Origin: Candidatus Omnitrophota bacterium | GTDB lineage: Bacteria > Omnitrophota > Gorgyraeia > 2-01-FULL-45-10 | Reading direction: 5' to 3' | Length of the DNA stretch: 64,000 nucleotides | Assembly: GCA_028699255.1 (NCBI GenBank) | Contig: JAQVUX010000008.1 | Span: forward strand, 3,715-67,714 | Shown here: one piece after another, positions 1 to 9,000 of the stretch | Numbering within the stretch: the stretch's first letter is position 1 | How the letters are laid out: each line of letters opens with the position of its first letter | Made by a program: the position numbers and the translations under genes | Notes under the pieces: generated by a model | The model's input: the letters and a program-made list of their open reading frames with translations, nothing else | Told to the model about the DNA's origin: nothing | Databases searched by the model: none

Positions 1-3000
1 TGCCTATCGCGTTATCGTAGCCATAACCTATCGCCATAGAAGCAAAGGATGAGACCGCCGAGGTAAGAAAAGTGTTCCAACCACAGGCGTCGCCTGCAAT
101 GACTATGCTCTTCGACACAGCCGTCTGGATGAGCCCTTTGCATACAGCGTTCCAATAATTTTCCGCGGTAGTCGCCGATTTCCCGGCATTGATGAGATTA
201 CTGAAAATACCCTGCACAGATTCGGGAAGTAATTTTTTTGCGGCGGCGAAAAGATTATCAAAGAAATGGTTCATTTGCAAAATATCTAACCCTATCGAAA
301 CACCGAAATTGACCCAACTAAATGTACCGTTTGCCATCGACATTATCGCGTCAAACACCGTGGCCAGGATACTGCCAACCCCCTGAAAGCCCGGGATGAC
401 ATTGATCGCCTGGAGAAATACGTCTACTATCGACTGGAACCAACTGCCAAACGAATCCCAGAAGCCCGACTCCACGTCCATGTTGACATATTCATTTTTC
501 GTCTGGGAGGTCTGCGCGCCGTATTTATCGTAGTCCGTCCATGTCTCACTGTGCTGGTGCACGGTAATGGTGGAGTCCTTGCCCTGGCTCTCGCTGTATG
601 AATAGTCGTAGTAGTAATGATTTTGCGAAGTAAGGAGATTCCCGATAGAGTCATATGTATAAAGATTTTCACTGTAACCGTTTTCGATCGCGGTGTAATT
701 TTCTACAAGTTGTCCTAAGCCGTTATAACGCGAGCTGTCCACATGCGAAATCGCACCGTCGATCGTGGTCGTGTAACTGCACTGCCGGCCGTTTGAGTCA
801 TACTGGATACCGTTGGTTATAGTGGTCTTGGCGGACAGCGTATTGCCGCTCGAATCTTTGGTCGTGACTATATCTTTTTCGTACAGGATGAGGCTATCGG
901 TATTATAATACGTGGCCGTCCGCTGGGTGGTAATCTCGCGCCATTCCAGCGCGGAGCCGGAGGAGATATCGACGAGCCCGGTATCGGTCTCGGTGAAAGT
1001 CTTGATCCTGCCCGAGGCGTCGTAAGTCCCGTCGGTAGTAACTTTATGAGTGGTTATGCTGGTTACGTCGGTACGCGTCGTAGGAACCGTAATATCCTCC
1101 GTCCAGCCGGTAAGATTACCTTTGGCATCGTAAGTCATGTCGTATCGCACTGTCGCAGTGGTGACATCGATGGCGGCGGAGGTAGAAGAGTCGGTGCCGT
1201 AGGTGCGCGTTATTTCGGTGTAGCCGATTATCCTGCCGTAATCGTCGTAGGCCACGTTACTGAAAACGCTGTCGGTGATCTCATCCGGGGCGGAAGAGCT
1301 GACGGATACATCCTCGTATCCTGTGAGAATGCCGCCTTCGTACACCATATTCGAGCGCGTGGTAGTTACCGTAAAGTCGAGAGTACCGTCGGAGCTTACG
1401 GTATGCGCGACCTCGGTGTAGCCGGTAACTTTATTCGCCGTGTAGCCTGTGGCCGTCCAGGTCGTGGTGGTGGTAACGGTGCCCTCGCCGGTGTCGCCCC
1501 AGTAGCCGCTCCAGGCACACTCACTATCGACCTTTGTATATTGCAGTATGTTATTTTTTTCGTCGTAAACGTAATCCGATGTCTGGCTCGTCTTGTGGAC
1601 AAGATTGACTGCGGTGTAGTCGTCGGAAACGGCCTGCATTTCGTACATGTAATGATAGATGTCTTCGTTACCGCCTCCGGCGCCGTCGTCCACCCTCTTG
1701 GCCTGACCGTAGAGTCTTACCTGTATCTGAGTAACACCCGTCCAGCCGGCAGAGTCAGTAACAACAGTATTATTCTGCGAGTAACCGCCGGACCAGTCGC
1801 CGCCGCCGGAGCCGAATTCATCGGCCAAGACGGTTGTTCCGCTATCCGAAGTTATGGTTATATATACGCCCCACGCTCCGGAGTTATTAGAGGCGCCCGA
1901 CCATGTCTGGGCGAAACAGTACAAAAGCCATGACAATGATACTATGTCCTGGGGCGTCGTGAACGTCCATGTCCAGTAGGTATAGTTGCCGTTATAGTAA
2001 TATCCGGAGCCGCCTCTTTCTCTGTAGTAATATCCACTGTAGGTATCCAGGTCCCCGTCGCATGCGTTCGAAGCCGAAGTGCTAAGACTGCTGACATACG
2101 AATTCACTGTAAGGATGGTGGACGAGCAGACATCGGTCACCTGCTCATACTGGTAGTCGTCCTCACTCGTTTCGGTTGTAGCGACGCGCCCTTCCTCGTC
2201 GTAAGTCGCCGCCCACGTCGTGCTGTAGATTACGGCTTCGGCGGCGCCGAATATGTTCATGTCGTCCGATGAAAGGCTCGAATATCCCCCGGCGGAAAAG
2301 ATATCGATATACGCGGAGATATTCTGCGAAAGCGCGGCAGTGCCGTCGAAGAGACTGTAGGAAGCGGCCTCACACCTTATATCGGTGGAATAGACCGCGT
2401 GTCCGTCCGAATCGTAGGAACATGTCCATTTCGACACGTAACTACGCTCGTCGGCCTTGTGATAATACGTGACTATCGAGACCGGCTTTTCGTTTTCATC
2501 GTATCCTTCCACGCTATCGACTACGACGGCAATCGAGTCCTCGTAATACTCCTTATGCACAGACACCGTCAAGACATTACCGTCGGAAGTGTAAGTGTAG
2601 GAATACGTCTCAAGCCGCGTCGCTACGCCGGTAGAATCGGTCTCCTCTACGAGGACGCGCCGGCAATCCGCGTCATAGGTAAACTCCGCGGACGAGCCGT
2701 CGGAGAGGTTGGACACTGAAACGCTCAAGGCCCCGTCGGAAGAGTCTGTGTAGGCTATCGCCGCTATCGTATTACCGGAGCCATCCTGTAGCTCCGAGAA
2801 CCTGTTGTCCGAATAAATGAATACGTTGCCTTTGGCGTCGGTGATTTTTGCAACCTCGCCCTCGGCATTATATTCTATCGACGTCGCGCCGGATAGGTTT
2901 ATGTCCTGATAAGCCTCGCTCGCCTCAAGCACACTTATGATGTCGTTGAAATAATCCGCCGCGGAGGCCGAACCGGACCTTGAGCCGGCGGCCTCGTCCT

Positions 3001-6000
3001 CACCGCCGGATAAACTGCCGGAACCAATTAAGGCTTGGTAGCTTTCGGAATATTCGAAATATATGAGCCGGTTATCGGTGTCGTAGATAGCGGTGTAGTC
3101 GCCGTTTGTCACGACGGTGGTCTCAACTTCGCCTTTCGTATTATATTTATACGTGCGCAGGGAATAATTTTCGCCGAAAAATATCGTATCGTCACCGGAG
3201 GCCACCTTGTCCTCGATAATTTTGTCCTTGTCGTAAACGATGTCATAAACGGTCGATATGCTTATGGCGGAATCGTCCGACGTGGTAAGCGTATAGCTTT
3301 TCATGCGGCCGCGGCTATCGTAAACTATGCCGCTCTGTTTGGAATAATCGCCCGTCCGGACAAGGTTTTCGTCGAGCTCCCAGGTGGTTATCGCGCAAGC
3401 GTTATCGCCTGAATAATCGTCGAGAGTTACCTCCTTGTACGTGGTATCCTCGTTTGGGACTACCGTTATCACATTGTACGAGGCGAGGTGCTCGTCGGAG
3501 TCGTAAATGTAGTTTTCCTGTGTCGTGACCTCGCCTGTCCGGTCATACGCGAGCGTAGCATCATTCCAGACTACGACACTACGCACCATACGATTATAAC
3601 GGCCGTCGGAGTCGAAGTCCGAAAATGCCACCTCCGTCGTCCGGGAGAGCGTACCGGAAGAAGCGTCCCACGCCCATTCACCACCGGGCGTGTATATCGC
3701 CTCGATATATCCCGTATTCCGGCCTTCGGAGTCGTAGGTAAAATCCGTCCTCGCGTAATAGTCCCACTCGGCGGTATCTTCCCCGGCATACTGGCAGGTC
3801 GTGCCCTCCATGTAGCAAATCTCTTCATGGCCCCTCGCGCCGGAATATTCGGCCATGCAGTTTTGAGTCAGTCCTGTCACATCGGATGAGCCTTCCGCGC
3901 CGTCAAAGTAGGTATACGATTTGGCAAGCGTCCACCCGGCGCCGTATTCATATATAACGGTAGACTCGATCTGCGCCACGGAGGAATCGGAAGCGGTGGT
4001 ATGGGCTTGCGAAAAAAACATAACCTCGGCGCCTTTCAAGCCTTCATAATACGCAATATTCACAAGCTCGCCCGTCTGGTCATGCGTCTTCGCCGCGGTA
4101 AGCGCGTCCTGGACAAACGCATCCGGCGCGCGTAAATTATCAGGGCCGTAATAATAATATACTGTCGACTTCACCGCGCCGTCGTCATAATAATTTACCG
4201 TGTAATCGCTTATTTCAAAACCGGCGAGCCCCGCGAAATATGTTTCGGAAAGTTTTGTTGCGCCGAGCGAATCGTATGTTATTGTTTCCGCCAAAGCGCC
4301 GGATAAAGAATAAACGTAATTTGTTATACTATCGACGGCGCCGTTATAATAATTCGTGCAGGTGTCGGCTTTCTCTTCTCCTGACAGGCCTTTGTAAATC
4401 GTTTCGGATGTGATGTTGCCGTCGGAATCCGTGGCGATGGTAAGTAATAGGCTCCCTGTAACGCCATCGTAAGTATACGAGGTAATAGTATCAAGATATG
4501 GACTACCGTCGGGATCGACGCTATAGCTTGTTGTGAAAATTATTTTTTCGCTTCCCGATAGGCCGGAATATTCGCCTACCGATGTTACAAATCCTAAAGA
4601 GTCTTTCGTTATTGTTCCGGTTATAGCGCCGGATGTAGCGTAGGTATAGGTTGTGACACCAACGATGTTATAATTCTCGTCGAAGGTGGCAACGCTTGTT
4701 AATTTTTCGCATCCCGAGAGGCCTGAATAAGCCGATTCGGATGTAACAATGCCGCTCGAATTACTCATTACAGTTTTAGTTAACGCGCCCGAAACGTCAT
4801 AAGAATAGATTGTGGCGGTTAATATATCCCCGAGTTTATCAAGGGTGGTGGAGCTTGCGATCTTTTCTTCGCCCGAAAGTCCGGAATACGCAGATACGGA
4901 TGCGACGACATCCTCAGAGTCAACCGTAACGGTCAATACAAGAGCGCCGGACCCGTCGTACGAATAGGTTGTGACCGTTAAAGCATTACCTGCGTCGTCA
5001 AAAGTTGTGACTGCGGAAGCTTTCTCGTATCCCGATAGGCCTGAATACACGGATTCGGATGTAATAACGCCGCTCGAATTTTTAGTTACGGTTTTAGTCA
5101 AAGCGCCCGATGCGTTGTAAGAGTAATTTGTCATCGAAAGCATATCGCCGGACTTATCATAAGAGGTAGCCGACAATGCCTTCTCGTAGCCCGTAGGGCC
5201 CGAATATGTGGATTCGGATGTAATTATACCGTCGGGATCGGTCGTAACAGTCAGGATAAGCGCGCCGGAGAGGTCGTAAGTGTAATCTGTTTGGGTTAAA
5301 ACATTATAGAGCTTATCGAAAGTTGTTACGGATGAAATTTTTTCTTCGCCGGTTAATCCTGTATAAAGAGTTTCGGAGGTAATTATGCCTTGCGAATCGC
5401 GCGTTACAGTCCCGGCAAGAGCGCCGGAGGCTGTATAAGAGTAGTTTGTAACTGTAAGAGCATTATGAAGCTTATCAAAAGTCGTCGACGACGTTATCTT
5501 CTCCTCGCCGGAAAGGCCGGAGTATGTGGATTCGGATATAATGATACCGTCGGGGTCAGTAGTTACTGTGCCCGCAAGAGCGCCGTAGGCATCGTAGGAA
5601 TAACTTGTCGTCGAGAGGGCATTTTCCAGTTTATCAAAAGTAGTAACGCCCGATACTTTCTCTCCCCCTTCGCGGCCGGTATAAACAGAACTTGAAGTAA
5701 TAATGTCATCCGCGTCTTTAGTTATAGTAGCTATCAGGGCGCCGGAGGCGTCGTAAGTATAAGCAGTGACCGATACAATATCATGAGATTTATCGAACGA
5801 TATCGTGGATGTGATTTTTTCGAATCCAGAGAGTCCGGAATATACAGACTCGGACGTAACTACACCGTCGGAATCAACCGTAGCGGTCGAGGCTAATTCT
5901 CCGGAGGCGTCATAAATGTAGCTGGTCGCAGTAACGACGGTGCCGGAATTGTCAAAGGTTGTAACCGTAGAAATTTTTTCATATCCTGATAGCCCCGAGT

Positions 6001-9000
6001 ATGCGGATTCGCATTTAATCATACCCGTCGAATCACTCGTTATTGTTTTCGATAAAGCACCGGCGTCATCATAGGAGTAGATCGTAGTAGTTAGAACATT
6101 GTCGGAAGCGTCATATGTTATGATGGACGATACTTTTTCCTCACCCGAAAGTCCGGCATATAAACTCCTGGAGGTAATAACTCCGTCGGAATCGCAGGCT
6201 ACAATCGACGCAAGAGCGCCGGAGGCGGCGTAAGAATAAGCTGTGGTAGTTAATATGCTACCGAGATTATCAAAAGTTGTTGAGCTTACGATCTTCTCCT
6301 CACCTGATAGGCCTGAATAAACGGATTCAGATGTAGTAACACCGCCGGAATCGGTCGTAACGGTCAGAGTTAATGCGCCTGAAGCGTCGTAAGCATAGTT
6401 TGTAATAGTGAGGATATTGCCGGTTGCGTCAAAAGCCGTAACTGTAGAGGCCTTCTCTTCTCCCGACAGCCCTGAGTAAACCGTTTCGGATGTAATGACG
6501 CCACCCGAATCTTCTGTTACCGTTTTTATCAGCGCGCCGAAGGAATTGTAAGAATAACTCGTCGTCGCAAGAACATTGCCCGTTTTGTCAAAAGTAGTAA
6601 CAGACGCTATATTCTCCTGATTCTCAAGGCCGGAGTAAGACGTCGCGGAAATAACAACGCCGGTCGAATCGGTAGCCGTAGCAAGTGTAAACGCCCCGGC
6701 TACATTATATGTATAGGAGGTGGTCGTTAAAACATTATGCGATTTATCGTATGAAATTACCGACGAGATTTTTTCATAACCCGAAAGGCCTGAATAAACT
6801 GATTCAGATATGATTATACCGTCGGAATTATTCGTGGCTGTCGATATAAGAGCTCCTGAGATATCGTAAGAGTAGGTTGCAATCGTTAAAATATTGCCCG
6901 ATTTATCGTATGCCTTTACAGTAGAAACCTTCTCCTCGCCCGATAGCCCTGAATAAACTGTTTCGGACGTAACAACACCGGATGAATCTTTCGTTATATT
7001 TTTTGTCAGCGCGCCGGAGGCATCGTAAGAGTAATTTGTAATCGTAAGAATGTTATGGTTATCGTCGTATACGGCAACATATGAGATTTTCTCATAACCG
7101 GATAAGCCCAGATAGATCGTCTCGGATAAAATTGTGTCGGCAACATCAGAAGTTACTGTTTTCGCGATAGCGCCGGATGCGTCATAAGAGTAAGTTGTGA
7201 TTGTAAGAGTGTCGTGCAATTTGTCAAAAATGGTAACGCTTACCACTTTTTCCTCGCCCGATAGCCCTGAATAAACGGATTCGGACGTAACTACACCCGA
7301 GCCATCGGTAGCGGCGGTTTTTGTCAGGGCGCCGGAGGCGTTGTAAGTATAATTTGTAATTGCAAGCGCCACTCCGGATTTATCGAATGTTGCAATCGTA
7401 GAAATTTTTTCGGCGCCGGAGGGGCCCGAATATACAACTTGCGATGTAATTACATCATTTGAATCGCAAGTTACAGTCGAGCAAAGAGCTCCGGAAGAGC
7501 CATAAGAGTAAGACGTCGCTGTAAGAATAACGCCAAGGCTGTCGAAAGTAGTGATGGTCGAGACATTCTCGTAGCCGGATAATCCTGAATAAATAGTCAC
7601 GGACGTAACGATGCCATCGCTATTTTTTGTGATCGTCGACTCAATAGCGCCGGACGAGGCGTAAGAATAAGTTGTGATCGCGAGAATACTGCCTGACTTA
7701 TCGTATGTTGTTGCGGTGGAGATTTTCTCTTCGCTCGACAGGCCGAAGTATGTAGATTCGGATATAATAATACCGTCGGAGTCAGTAGTTACGGTGCCCG
7801 CAAGAGCGCCGGAGGCCGCATAAGAGTAAGCCGTAGCGGTTAACACATTCCCGTTTTTATCAAAAGTCGCGGAAGAAATTATTTTCTCCGCACCCGAGAG
7901 GCCCGAATAAACGGTTTCGGAAAGCTTTATGCCATCGGCGTCAACCGTTATTGTGTTTATCAGGGCGCCGGACGAGGCGTATGAGTAACTCGTGGTTGTA
8001 AGAATAGCGCCGAGCTTATCAAGCGTCGTTACCGCAGAGACTTTCTCGTAGCCTGAAAGGCCCGAATAAACGGTTTCGGAAAGCTTTATGCCATCGGCGT
8101 CAGCCGTTATTGTGTTTATCAGGGCGCCGGACGAGGCGTATGAGTAAGCCGTAGCCGTAAGAATATTTCCGGACTTGTCGAATGTCGTAACCTGCGATAT
8201 CTTCTCCCGGTTTTCCAGGCCGGAATAAGAGGCTTCGGACGTAATTACGCCGCTTGAATCGCAAGTTACCGTCGATGTAAGAGCGCCTGAGAATGCGTAA
8301 ACATAATTTGTCTTTGTAAGAATTGTACCGGATTTATCGTACGATGTAACTACAGATACCTTCTCCTCGCCCAAAAGACCGGAATAAGCCGATTCGGATG
8401 TAACGATACTATCCGCATCGCAGGTTACTGTATTGGCAAGCGCGCCGGAGGCCGTATAAATATAATTTGTGACGGCAAGGATATTGCCGGATTTATCGTA
8501 ACTCGTGACTGTGGACGTTTTTTCATAATCCGAAAGGCCTGAGTATGTTGTTTCGGAAGTTTTTATACCGTCGGCATCGCGTGTTATTGTCGAATCAAGC
8601 GCGCCGGAGGCGTCATAAGAGTAGCCCGTTGTGGTAAGTATACCGCCGATATGATCAAAAGTAATAACGCTTAATACTTTCTCGCACCCCGAGAGGCCTG
8701 AATAGACAGATTCAGACACGATAACACCGCCTGAATCTTTTGTAACCGTTGACAAAAGAGCGCCGGAGGCGTCATAAGAGTAACTTGTGATGGTGAGAAT
8801 ATTACCGGTTTTATCGTAAGTGGTGGTTAAAGATATCTTTTCCTGACTTTCCAGGCCTGAGTAATCTGTTTCGGAAGAAACTATACCGCTCGAATCGCAA
8901 GTTACTGCTTCAGTCAAAACGCCGGATACGCCATAGAAATAACTTGTGACGGTAAGAATAGTGCCGAGCTTATCGAGCGTTGTTACCGTGGAGACTTTTT

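Noticed and set aside
1046-5695. Plus- and minus-strand track ORFs inside 1-11590 (e.g. 1046..1933+, 2399..2719+, 3035..3412+, 3488..3889+, 5390..5695+, 9440..9763+, 3571..3828-)
   Set aside because: They are low-complexity, stop-free shadows within the giant minus-strand ORF. None has an RBS or recognisable domains, and they sit in frames other than the uninterrupted one.
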